DNA of 35,987 bases from Candidatus Liptonbacteria bacterium (GTDB taxonomy: Bacteria; Patescibacteriota; Minisyncoccia; UBA6257; 2-01-FULL-56-20), in assembly GCA_016212635.1 (NCBI GenBank), contig JACRFR010000023.1, forward strand, positions 1 to 35,987, given 5' to 3'. Position numbers and translations under genes: made by a program. Below, piece by piece: positions 7,265 to 15,524 of this stretch (the first letter of the stretch is position 1; the number at the start of each line of letters is the position of its first letter). The notes below the pieces were generated by a model that did not search any database, was not told where the DNA came from, and was given only the letters and a program-made list of their open reading frames with translations.

Positions 7265-9982
7265 ATGGATCCCAACCAAAAACCTTGGCACGTACAGATC
7301 CCGGCTGACCTGGAGCGATTGTTCCGAATTGAGCTCCGAGTCGGCTTGAGTTCCGCGGAGGCTAGTCGCCGGCTGGTTGAATCCGGGCCGAACCAGCTGC
7401 CTTTGGCGCCGCCGACCAGCGGTTTAGTTTTATTCCTGCGTCAGTTCCAAAGCCCGCTGATCTATATCCTCCTGGCTGCGGCAGTGGTAGTTTTTGCCCT
7501 GCGAGAAGTAACGGACGCCTCTATTATTTTCGTCGTTCTGGTGATCAATGCCATTATCGGCGCGATTCAAGAAGGCCGGGCCCAGAATACCTTACTCGCT
7601 CTGCGACGCTACGTAGAGACCAGCGCCACTGTTCTTCGGGATGGTCAGGAAGATATCGTTCCCGCCGCCACGGTGGTTCCTGGCGATGTGATAATTTTAC
7701 GGGAGGGCGAGAAAGTGCCCGCCGATGCGCGCTTGGTGGAAACCGAAGCGCTGCGCGTAGACGAGGCCTCGCTGACCGGGGAGTCGCGCCCGGTTCACAA
7801 GGACGCCGCGCCGTTGCCGGACGGCGAGCGGCCGCCTGCGGAACAGTGGAATCTGGTTTTCCAAGGCACTAGTGTTACCGGCGGAACGGCCCGGGCGATT
7901 GTGGTCGCGACCGGCGCCCATTCGGTCATGGGACAGATCAGTGCGACTATCGCGCAAACCGACACCGAGATACCGCTCCAGGGTCGCTTGCGCCGTTTGT
8001 CTCAAGTGATCATGTACGCCGTGCTCGGCATATGTCTCCTGCTTTTCGCGCTAGGCGTGGCCAAGGGCTTGCCGATTCGGACCATGTTCGCCACCGTGGT
8101 TTCTTTGGCAGTATCTATTATCCCCGAGGGTCTGCCGGTGGCGCTAACCCTGACGCTTGCGACCGGCGTTTGGCGAATGGCCAAACGGAATGCCCTGGTC
8201 AAGAAACTTCAAGCGGTGGAGGCCTTAGGCCAAGCGCAGATAATCGCGGTGGATAAAACCGGCACCCTGACGCGCAATGAATTGGTAGTACAAAAAGTGT
8301 GGGTTAATAGCACCACCTATCAAGTGACCGGTACCGGCTATCAGGTTCAAGGCGAGTTCCGGCGGGAGGGACAACTGATCGATCCGGTGAGCCACCCGGA
8401 TCTGGTGCTGGCCGGAAAAATTGCCACCTTGTGCGCTAATGCTCGGGTCTTCTTTGATACTGAACGCCAAGTTTGGCATGTGGCGGGCGATCCAACCGAG
8501 GCCGCTCTCCTGGTCTTGGGCGAGAAAGTTGGTTTTCGGAAAGATGATCTGGAACGGGAACTGCCCCTGGTCGCCGAACTGCCGTTCAATTATAAGACCA
8601 AGTACCACGTGACTCTCCACGGGAGCGGTACGGCTTACTTGTTAACTTTAGTGGGGGCGCCGGAGTCGGTAATGCTCCGAGTAGGACGGATCTATGAAGG
8701 TGGCGTGCTCCGGCCGATCACTGATCTGGACCGCGCGCGGTTCGAAGCGACTTTCCGCGAAATGTCCGCGACCGGGCTTCGAGTGGTGGCCTTTGGCTTC
8801 CGAGAACTGCCGGACAGCGACCTCCGCGCCGGGCACGAGCAGCTGTTAGACACCAAACATGTTACTCTGGTCGGTTTCTTCGGCATGTCCGATTCGCTCC
8901 GTCCGGAAGTTCCGGAGGCGGTCCGCGCCGTGAACGCGGCGGGCGTGCGGGTGGCGATGATCACCGGCGACTATCCGCTGACCGCCCAGGCGATCGCCCG
9001 CGAGGCCGGCATCTATCGAGAAGGTGACAGCATTCTGACCGATGCGGACTTCGGGAGCTTGTCGCAAGCCGAACTGGACCGGCGACTGGGGCAAACCAGC
9101 GTTTTCGCGCGGATCACGCCGGAGCATAAGATGCAGATCATCCAGGGTTTCCAGCGCCGAGGGGAAGTGGTCGCGATGACCGGCGACGGAGTCAACGACG
9201 CACCCTCCTTGGTCGCGGCCGACCTGGGCGTGGCCATGGGCAAGATCGGCACGGAAGTGGCCAAAGAGGCGGCGGACATCGTACTTCTGGACGACAACTT
9301 CGGCACTATCACCGCGGCCATTGAAGAAGGTCGGAGCATTTATCAAACCATTCGCAAGGTGATCCTGTATCTTTTCTCCACCAGTCTGGCGGAAGCGGCC
9401 ACGATCATCGTCGCCCTGCTTCTGGGTTGGCCCCTGCCGCTCTTGGCGTCCCAGATCATCTGGTTGAATCTGGTGACCGACGGGTTTTTGACGGTGGCTC
9501 TGGGCATGGAGCCGACTGATCCGGAAGTGATCCGCCGGCCGTTCCAGAAGCCCAGCCGGTTCATCTTGGATCAGCCAATGCTGCCGCGCATGCTCATTAT
9601 GGCGGCAGTCATGACCATCGGCGCTTTGTATCTCTTCGGCGAGTTGGCCGCAGTCGATCTGAACAAGGCTATGGCGATCACTTTGACCGTTTTGGCGGTG
9701 GTCCAGTGGCTGAACGCTTGGAATTGCCGCTCCGAACATCGGTCCATCTTTCAGCAGAATCCATTCAGCAACCCCCACCTGGTGGGCGCGACCGTAATCG
9801 TGATCAGTCTGCAGTTCCTGGCGATGTATACTGAACCGCTCCGGAGCATTCTCCACCTGTCACCGCTCGCGCCGCTGGAGTGGCTAGCCGTGTTGTTAGT
9901 CGCCGCCCCGGTAGTGGTGGCGGATGAGATCTGGCGTTTAAGTAATCATTACTTTGACCAAAAAGGGCGTAGATACACTTAA
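7265..9982 (+). CDS. cation-transporting P-type ATPase (P2A/Ca2+-like)
   Basis: LTGES, IIPEGLP, DKTGTLT, MITGD, TGDGVNDAP, IIWLNLVTDG; start at 7241 (GTG) or 7265 (ATG). Confidence 0.95.
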   Translation: MDPNQKPWHVQIPADLERLFRIELRVGLSSAEASRRLVESGPNQLPLAPPTSGLVLFLRQFQSPLIYILLAAAVVVFALREVTDASIIFVVLVINAIIGAIQEGRAQNTLLALRRYVETSATVLRDGQEDIVPAATVVPGDVIILREGEKVPADARLVETEALRVDEASLTGESRPVHKDAAPLPDGERPPAEQWNLVFQGTSVTGGTARAIVVATGAHSVMGQISATIAQTDTEIPLQGRLRRLSQVIMYAVLGICLLLFALGVAKGLPIRTMFATVVSLAVSIIPEGLPVALTLTLATGVWRMAKRNALVKKLQAVEALGQAQIIAVDKTGTLTRNELVVQKVWVNSTTYQVTGTGYQVQGEFRREGQLIDPVSHPDLVLAGKIATLCANARVFFDTERQVWHVAGDPTEAALLVLGEKVGFRKDDLERELPLVAELPFNYKTKYHVTLHGSGTAYLLTLVGAPESVMLRVGRIYEGGVLRPITDLDRARFEATFREMSATGLRVVAFGFRELPDSDLRAGHEQLLDTKHVTLVGFFGMSDSLRPEVPEAVRAVNAAGVRVAMITGDYPLTAQAIAREAGIYREGDSILTDADFGSLSQAELDRRLGQTSVFARITPEHKMQIIQGFQRRGEVVAMTGDGVNDAPSLVAADLGVAMGKIGTEVAKEAADIVLLDDNFGTITAAIEEGRSIYQTIRKVILYLFSTSLAEAATIIVALLLGWPLPLLASQIIWLNLVTDGFLTVALGMEPTDPEVIRRPFQKPSRFILDQPMLPRMLIMAAVMTIGALYLFGELAAVDLNKAMAITLTVLAVVQWLNAWNCRSEHRSIFQQNPFSNPHLVGATVIVISLQFLAMYTEPLRSILHLSPLAPLEWLAVLLVAAPVVVADEIWRLSNHYFDQKGRRYT

Positions 9983-10053
9983 TAAAAGGGAGGAACGGAG
10001 GGGTCAAATCTGACCAATGGCATATTCGAATAAAATCACGTAAACTTTAACCC

Positions 10054-10347
10054 ATGGACCAACCTCAACCAACCCCACCCCAAATTCAAGTCCGTGCCGC
10101 CGATGCGGATATCAAAGGCGTTTATTCCAACGTGATGCAGGTCGGTTCCACCCGCGAGGAGTTCGTGTTCGACTTCTTCAATATGGTCGGCGGCAGTGGG
10201 GCGCTGGTTTCCCGAGTAGTGGTCAGTCCCGCGCACGCCAAGCGCATCCTGGAAGCGCTCAAGGAAGGGATCGCCAAGCACGAGCGGGAATACGGGGCGA
10301 TCACTGCCGGTCCGGGCCCCAGCGGCGAATTAGGTTTCAAGACCTAG
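10054..10347 (+). CDS. DUF3467 domain protein
   Basis: GVYSNVMQV…EEFVFDF…SRVVVSPAHAKRILEALKEGIAKHEREYGAI. Confidence 0.85.
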   Translation: MDQPQPTPPQIQVRAADADIKGVYSNVMQVGSTREEFVFDFFNMVGGSGALVSRVVVSPAHAKRILEALKEGIAKHEREYGAITAGPGPSGELGFKT

Positions 10348-10361
10348 TAATAATTACCACT

Positions 10362-11279
10362 ATGCCTACCCGTATCGTTATTTTGGGTGCGGGGGATATC
10401 GGCCGCGCCTTGGCCGTTGTTTTGGAACAAGCCGGCCATGGCGTGCTGCTTTGGGACAAAGACCCGCAGAAAGTTCCCAACCAGAAACCGCTCTCTGGTC
10501 TGGTGCCCCAGGCCGAGGTCATTTTTATATGTGTGCCGTCCTGGGCTCTGCGCGAAGTGTTGATCGAGATCTCGCCCTTCCTGCCATATGCTACCACCGT
10601 AGTCTCCTTGACCAAGGGAATTGAAGTCAAGTCGCAGAAATTGGCGGACGAAGTTATGTGCGAATTGCTTTCCCGCAACCGGCCATTTGCCGTCTTGGGC
10701 GGTCCGCTTCTGGCCGAGGAAATCGTGCAGGGTTTGCAAAGCGTGGGCGTAGTCGCCTCCAATAATCGCGCCGTCTACGATCGGTTGGCGGCGGTCAGCC
10801 AGGGCACCCAGCTGATGCTGGAATACTCCAGCCACGTCCATCAAATTGCGCTAGCCGGCGTGCTCAAGAACATTTACAGTCTCATGATCGGTGTCGCCGA
10901 CGGCTTGGCCTATGGCAGTAACACCAAGGGCTGGTTAGTGGCGCAAGCCACCCACGAGATGACCGAGATATTTGCATTTTTCCGCTATCCGCCAGCAGTT
11001 ATCTTGAGTACCGCCGGTTTGGGCGACTTGATCGCCACCGCTTTCAGTCCTTACTCCCGAAACCGTAAAGCGGGTAATGAGCTGGCTCGAACCGGCACTA
11101 TTTTTACCACCAGCGAGGGCATTGTTTCTTTACCGCCGATGCTCAATTTGCTCGGAGAAGGCGCCCGCCGCCTGCCCCTGCTTCAAACCCTGCGGCGCAT
11201 CGTGATCGAAAAGCAGCCGGCCAATCAGGCACTCACGGAGTGTCTGTCCGCGACCGTCCAAGCGCGGGAGCTGGAGTGA
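10362..11279 (+). CDS. gpsA: NAD(P)H-dependent glycerol-3-phosphate dehydrogenase
   Basis: GAGDIG, SLTKGIE, GGPLLAEE, GVLKNIY, GLGDLIATAFSPYSRN, SEG. Confidence 0.92.
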   Translation: MPTRIVILGAGDIGRALAVVLEQAGHGVLLWDKDPQKVPNQKPLSGLVPQAEVIFICVPSWALREVLIEISPFLPYATTVVSLTKGIEVKSQKLADEVMCELLSRNRPFAVLGGPLLAEEIVQGLQSVGVVASNNRAVYDRLAAVSQGTQLMLEYSSHVHQIALAGVLKNIYSLMIGVADGLAYGSNTKGWLVAQATHEMTEIFAFFRYPPAVILSTAGLGDLIATAFSPYSRNRKAGNELARTGTIFTTSEGIVSLPPMLNLLGEGARRLPLLQTLRRIVIEKQPANQALTECLSATVQARELE

Positions 11280-11288
11280 TTCGTGATT

Positions 11289-11338
11289 TTGACATTTCAG
11301 TTGTCCACAGAGTAGAATACGCACCTGTCTGATATAAT
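11289..11338 (+). promoter_or_regulatory. tandem promoters before the small gene+PIN pair
   Basis: TTGACA-18-TAGAAT (11289-11318) with DnaA-box-like TTGTCCACA in the spacer; also TGATATAAT (11330-11338) 6 nt before the ATG. Confidence 0.55.
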
Positions 11339-11344
11339 AAATAT

Positions 11345-11602
11345 ATGCCTAAAACAGCGAAGGAAATAGTGGAAGCTGCTTATAAATACATGGTCGATGT
11401 CATGCAGATTCAGGCTGGCAAGATATCAAATGTCAGAGTTGAAGAACTTGAACCAGTAGAAGCAGAGGGGAGAAAGATTTGGAGTGTGGTGTTAAGCTAC
11501 GATGCCGTGGGCGATTTTGTGTTTGACAAAACCAGACAGTACAAACAATTCAAGGTAGATGGCGAAGGTGTTGTTCTTGAAATGAAAATCAAGAAAGTCT
11601 AG
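11345..11602 (+). CDS. hypothetical 85-aa protein, candidate partner of the PIN toxin
   Basis: AT-rich ORF directly upstream of the PIN gene; no family recognised. Confidence 0.7.
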   Translation: MPKTAKEIVEAAYKYMVDVMQIQAGKISNVRVEELEPVEAEGRKIWSVVLSYDAVGDFVFDKTRQYKQFKVDGEGVVLEMKIKKV

Positions 11603-11612
11603 ATGCTTTCTG

Positions 11613-12161
11613 GTGAACAATCTGGCTAATTTAGCTGAAATACAAGACTACCGTCTCTATAATCCAGGGGCACAATTGTTGTTAGACACTAATGTGCTAC
11701 TCATCTTTCTTGTCGGCATATATGATGAGGATTATTTAAAAGAGTGCCCCTTAATGACAGATAATAATAAGAATTATGGAAAGGAACATTTCGACTTAGT
11801 ACAAGAAATACTGAAATGTTTTATTTATAAGATAGTAATCACGCCGCAGGTACTCGCGGAGATTTACATGCTTTCTAGTAAAAAAATAAAACCACCCTCA
11901 AGATTTAATGAGTATTTTGTAGGGCTAATTAATCAATTAAAGAAATGCCGAGAAGAACACATTCCGCTTAAAATTCTCCTCGAGGGGAACGGTAGCGTTG
12001 TGCGATTTGGCTTCACTGATATTTCACTAGTCGAAGCTGCAAAAAAATTGAAGTCGGCGATTTTAACAGACGATTTTCCTCTCTATGAAGCATTTCGTGA
12101 GGTGGTGCCGGTAATATATTTTAGCCAGGTTTGCGTCGCTGGAATTTTTGACCGTCGGTAG
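11613..12161 (+). CDS. PIN domain protein (VapC-like)
   Basis: LLLDTNVL, ITPQVLAEI, GFTDISL, ILTDDFPL acidic active-site residues. Confidence 0.85.
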   Translation: MNNLANLAEIQDYRLYNPGAQLLLDTNVLLIFLVGIYDEDYLKECPLMTDNNKNYGKEHFDLVQEILKCFIYKIVITPQVLAEIYMLSSKKIKPPSRFNEYFVGLINQLKKCREEHIPLKILLEGNGSVVRFGFTDISLVEAAKKLKSAILTDDFPLYEAFREVVPVIYFSQVCVAGIFDRR

Positions 12162-12176
12162 CGTTTGAGATATACT
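12148..12176 (+). promoter_or_regulatory. sigma70-like promoter for the ccdA-like operon
   Basis: TTGACC-17 bp-TATACT. Confidence 0.6.
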
Positions 12177-12211
12177 ATCCCGGTCCCGCCGCGCGAGCGG
12201 CGCTTCTCAAC

Positions 12212-13009
12212 ATGTCTCGCTGGCTCATCGCCGCCTTCATACTTTTTGCGCTCCTGCTCGCAGGCGGAGGATTTTATTTTAAATCCAGCGCCGGCGGTGT
12301 TTCTTTTTTGCCTTTGGTTGTGGCCGCCTCGGCTCTTTTAGATAGCGCCAATCCCTGCGCCTTCTCGGTCTTGCTTTTAACCATCGCTTTTTTGTTCAGC
12401 CTCGGCCGTTCCCGGCGGGCCATCCTGGGTGTGGGCGTAACTTACATTACCGGTATATTCTTGGCCTATATTGCGATCGGTCTGGGCTTGCTGGGCTTAC
12501 TCCAAGTCACGTTGGGCGCAAACCTACCACCCTGGTTCTTGGTCTTGTTCGGCGGGCCGCACCTGGCCTCCAAGATCGGGGCGGTTATCTTGATTATATT
12601 CGGCCTCTTGGATCTCGTGGGCGAGGCCTTCCCAAGCTTTCCCATAAAACTCAAAATTCCCCAATCCGCCCATCAAACCATCGCCCGGCTCATGCAGCGC
12701 GCTTCTTATCCCGCGGTGTTCCTGCTGGGAGCCGCGGTCGGTTTGTATGAGTTTCCCTGCACCGGCGGGCCGTATCTGTTCGTGCTGGGACTTCTGCACG
12801 ATCACGCAACATACTTGCGAGGGTTGCTGTACCTGGTGTTCTATAACCTGATCTTTGTTTTGCCGCTGGTCGTGGTTTTGGTTCTGGCCAGCCAGCCGGC
12901 GGTGCTCCAGAAGTTCCAGGCCTGGAAAAAGTCCAACATTAAGGGCCTGCGCTTCTGGACCGGCCTGGGCATGGTCCTGTTGGGGGTGCTGCTGTTCGTG
13001 CTACAATAG
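12212..13009 (+). CDS. CcdA/DsbD-like transmembrane thiol-disulfide electron transporter
   Basis: LDSANPCAFSVL and EFPCTGGPY redox cysteines; multiple TM helices; YNLIFVLPL. Confidence 0.85.
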   Translation: MSRWLIAAFILFALLLAGGGFYFKSSAGGVSFLPLVVAASALLDSANPCAFSVLLLTIAFLFSLGRSRRAILGVGVTYITGIFLAYIAIGLGLLGLLQVTLGANLPPWFLVLFGGPHLASKIGAVILIIFGLLDLVGEAFPSFPIKLKIPQSAHQTIARLMQRASYPAVFLLGAAVGLYEFPCTGGPYLFVLGLLHDHATYLRGLLYLVFYNLIFVLPLVVVLVLASQPAVLQKFQAWKKSNIKGLRFWTGLGMVLLGVLLFVLQ

Positions 13010-13053
13010 GAGTAATCGCAAATAATGCGAATTACCGAGGTAATAATGCGAAT
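13009..13053 (+). repeat. 45-bp dispersed repeat, intergenic copy
   Basis: GGAGTAATCGCAAATAATGCGAATTACCGAGGTAATAATGCGAAT. Confidence 0.85.
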
Positions 13054-13063
13054 ATACTAATAG

Positions 13064-13609
13064 ATGGAGAACCAATTTTCGGAGGAACAATTTAAAAAGC
13101 TGCTAAATAAGGTGGCGGAGCTGAAGAAAGACAACAAGCTGGACCTCTCGACCGAGGAGGATCTGTCGCTGGCGATTATGAACTTGGTCTCGCTGGAGGA
13201 GCATTACTTTTTTACCGCGGAGAAAACCGGCAAGCCGGAGTATTTCGACCTGCTCTCGGAGGTGCGCGAAATACGCAAGACGCTTCTGGCGCGGATGATT
13301 CCGGCCAAAGAGGGGGAGGCTTGGTGCATTTCCAAACACCTTCTGGCCGCCACCATGCGCCTGATTGAAGTCGGCACCAAGCTTTATGGCAGCGGCCAGA
13401 AAGAGGAGGGGCGGGCAACTTTCGACCAGGCCTATCGAATTTACGCCTTATTCTGGGGCATCCGGCTGAAACTGATCGATCTGGCGGGGGTTAAGAAAAT
13501 AGACGATGGGCAACTGAACATTCACGACACTGCTGGGACCGATCAACCCCATAAACCCTGGTCCTATCAAGACATTGTCGAAAAACTGGTGGACTGTTGT
13601 GACGAATAG
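13064..13609 (+). CDS. hypothetical helical protein with WCISKH motif and C-terminal CCDE
   Basis: 181-aa ORF with host-like codon usage inside the redox operon. Confidence 0.8.
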   Translation: MENQFSEEQFKKLLNKVAELKKDNKLDLSTEEDLSLAIMNLVSLEEHYFFTAEKTGKPEYFDLLSEVREIRKTLLARMIPAKEGEAWCISKHLLAATMRLIEVGTKLYGSGQKEEGRATFDQAYRIYALFWGIRLKLIDLAGVKKIDDGQLNIHDTAGTDQPHKPWSYQDIVEKLVDCCDE

Positions 13610-13652
13610 AGTAATCGCAAATAACGCGAATTGCAGAGGTAATAACGCGAAT
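13608..13652 (+). repeat. 45-bp dispersed repeat, intergenic copy
   Basis: AGAGTAATCGCAAATAACGCGAATTGCAGAGGTAATAACGCGAAT. Confidence 0.85.
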
Positions 13653-13657
13653 AACGC

Positions 13658-14017
13658 ATGAGACATAAACAGATCATTGTTGGAGTAGTACTGTTGCTTT
13701 TAGTGATCGGCGCCAGCTGGTATTTTTTTGTGCCGCGAGCCGAGCCGGGAGCCGCGGCGCTGGCGGAGTGCCTGCGGGACAAGGGCGTGACCATGTACGG
13801 TTCCGCGACCTGCATTCACTGTCTCAAGCAGAAAAAACTCTTTGGCTCCGCTTTTAGTTTAGTGCCCTATGTGGAGTGTCCCGACAATCCCCAGATGTGT
13901 CTGGCCAAAGGGATCCAGGGGTTCCCGACCTGGGTAATGCCGGATGGCCGCAAGCTGGAAGGGGAGCAATCTTTCGCCGCGCTCTCGAGCGCGAGCGGCT
14001 GTACGCTGCCACAATGA
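13658..14017 (+). CDS. membrane-anchored/exported thioredoxin-like protein
   Basis: N-terminal TM; MYGSATCIHC, YVEC, GFPTW, LEGEQS, like VKOR-associated Trx domains. Confidence 0.85.
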   Translation: MRHKQIIVGVVLLLLVIGASWYFFVPRAEPGAAALAECLRDKGVTMYGSATCIHCLKQKKLFGSAFSLVPYVECPDNPQMCLAKGIQGFPTWVMPDGRKLEGEQSFAALSSASGCTLPQ

Positions 14018-14058
14018 CTAATGACTAATTAACTGTCAATAGTCAATCGTCAATCGTC
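14014..14058. repeat. heptamer tandem repeats in two orientations
   Basis: ATGACTA x2, ATTAACT, then GTCAATA/GTCAATC x3. Confidence 0.7.
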
Positions 14059-14065
14059 GCTTTTT

Positions 14066-15334
14066 ATGAAGATCCAAAACTGGAAAGAACTCGCAACCTC
14101 CGATCTGCGGCGGACGGCTTTAAATTTGGCGGAGACCGCGCTCGCGGCAATCGATACTCGCCCCGCGGTGCGGCGCGCGGTGGCGTGGGAAGATTCAAAT
14201 TTGCGGATCGGCGAAGAGCGCCTGGCCCGCGCGGCGCTCCGCCGGATCTTTTTAGTAACGGTCGGCAAGTGTGCGGGCGATGCGGCCGCGGCACTGGAGG
14301 AAATTCTGGGCGATCAGCTTGCGGCGGGAATCGCTCTGGACATAAAACCGAACTCGAGTTTACGGAAAGTCAACATCCTGGTTGGTACTCACCCCCTACC
14401 TTCCGCCGAGAATGTGGCCGCGGCCCATAAAATACTAGACCTACTGCGCGCGGCGGGGCTGCAAGCCGATGATCTGGTATTAGTAGTTGTTTCCGGCGGC
14501 GGTTCCACCTTGCTCTGCACCGATCGCCCCGCGGAGGAACGCGGGCTATTCCAAAACCTAACTCGCAGCGGCGCGACCATCCAGGAGATGAACACGGTTC
14601 GCAAACACCTCTCAATGCTGCGGGGCGGGTTTCTGGCCCAGGCGGCTTACCCGGCCCAGGTCCGCGGGCTGATATTTTCGGACGTACCGGGGAACGACAT
14701 CCAATTTATCGCTTCCGGCCCGACGGTAGCGGACGCGACCACCATCGCCGACGCGGAACAGGTGCTGGCGCGGTATGGCCTGCCTCCCGCAACCGGCTGG
14801 ATGGAAACGCCCAAAGACCCGAAGTATTTTCAAAACGTGCGAAACTTGACGGTCGTATCCAACGCAGTGGCACTCCAGGCAATGGCCGCCGCGGCGCAGT
14901 CTGCCGGTTACGCCGCAAGCGTGGTAACTGAAACCTTATCCGGCGAAGCGGCCGCTATCGGCCGCCAAGTACTCGCGGATTTGAAGGGCCGGCCGGGGCG
15001 AACAGTACTGCTCTATGGCGGCGAGACCACGGTCACAGTGCGCGGGGCGGGTCGGGGCGGCCGTAACCTGGAGGTGGCCCTGGCTGCGTTACCCGAGATC
15101 GGTGCGAACGAACTTATTCTGACTTTGGCCACGGACGGGCACGACAATGGTCCCTGGTCGGGCGCGATCTGTGATATAATCACCCAGGCGTCCGCGAACC
15201 AGATCCATCTCCAGCCCGACGCTTTCTTGGCCGGGAATGACTCTTATGGATTTTTCGAATTAGTCGGCAACTATCTGGTAACCGGACCGACCGGGGCCAA
15301 CGTGTCGGATATAATCATCGCGCTCAAGGAGTAG
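14066..15334 (+). CDS. glycerate 2-kinase (DUF4147/MOFRL family)
   Basis: VGKCA, THPLP, VSGGGSTL, MNTVRKHLS…GG, SDVPG…IASGPT, GGETTV, GRGGRN, TDGHD, TGPTGANVSD. Confidence 0.93.
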   Translation: MKIQNWKELATSDLRRTALNLAETALAAIDTRPAVRRAVAWEDSNLRIGEERLARAALRRIFLVTVGKCAGDAAAALEEILGDQLAAGIALDIKPNSSLRKVNILVGTHPLPSAENVAAAHKILDLLRAAGLQADDLVLVVVSGGGSTLLCTDRPAEERGLFQNLTRSGATIQEMNTVRKHLSMLRGGFLAQAAYPAQVRGLIFSDVPGNDIQFIASGPTVADATTIADAEQVLARYGLPPATGWMETPKDPKYFQNVRNLTVVSNAVALQAMAAAAQSAGYAASVVTETLSGEAAAIGRQVLADLKGRPGRTVLLYGGETTVTVRGAGRGGRNLEVALAALPEIGANELILTLATDGHDNGPWSGAICDIITQASANQIHLQPDAFLAGNDSYGFFELVGNYLVTGPTGANVSDIIIALKE

Positions 15335-15347
15335 AATATGGATAGCA

Positions 15348-15497
15348 AATTATTCTAATTAACCTAATTATTCTAAGTGCTCTAAACAATGACCGATGAT
15401 CCAAGTTCCAATTTGGGTCAGTTAGAACAATTAGAATAATTTCCACTATTGGGGATTGTTTAGAATAATTAGAGTAATTAGAACAATTAGGTCAATT
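15348..15497. repeat. AT-rich inverted arrays of 9-mers
   Basis: (AATTATTCT-like)x4-AAACAAT at 15348-15390 and ATTGTTT-(AGAATAATT-like)x4 at 15455-15497. Confidence 0.75.
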
Positions 15498-15524
15498 ATA
15501 AATTAAGGTAGTTAATACTTACAT

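Noticed and set aside
8846-9856. 336-aa minus-strand ORF and similar antisense ORFs (26583-27203, 31593-32438)
   Set aside because: Shadow frames of well-supported + strand genes in GC-rich DNA.
15335-15524. Replication origin
   Set aside because: AT-rich but no DnaA-box cluster and no dnaA/dnaN nearby.
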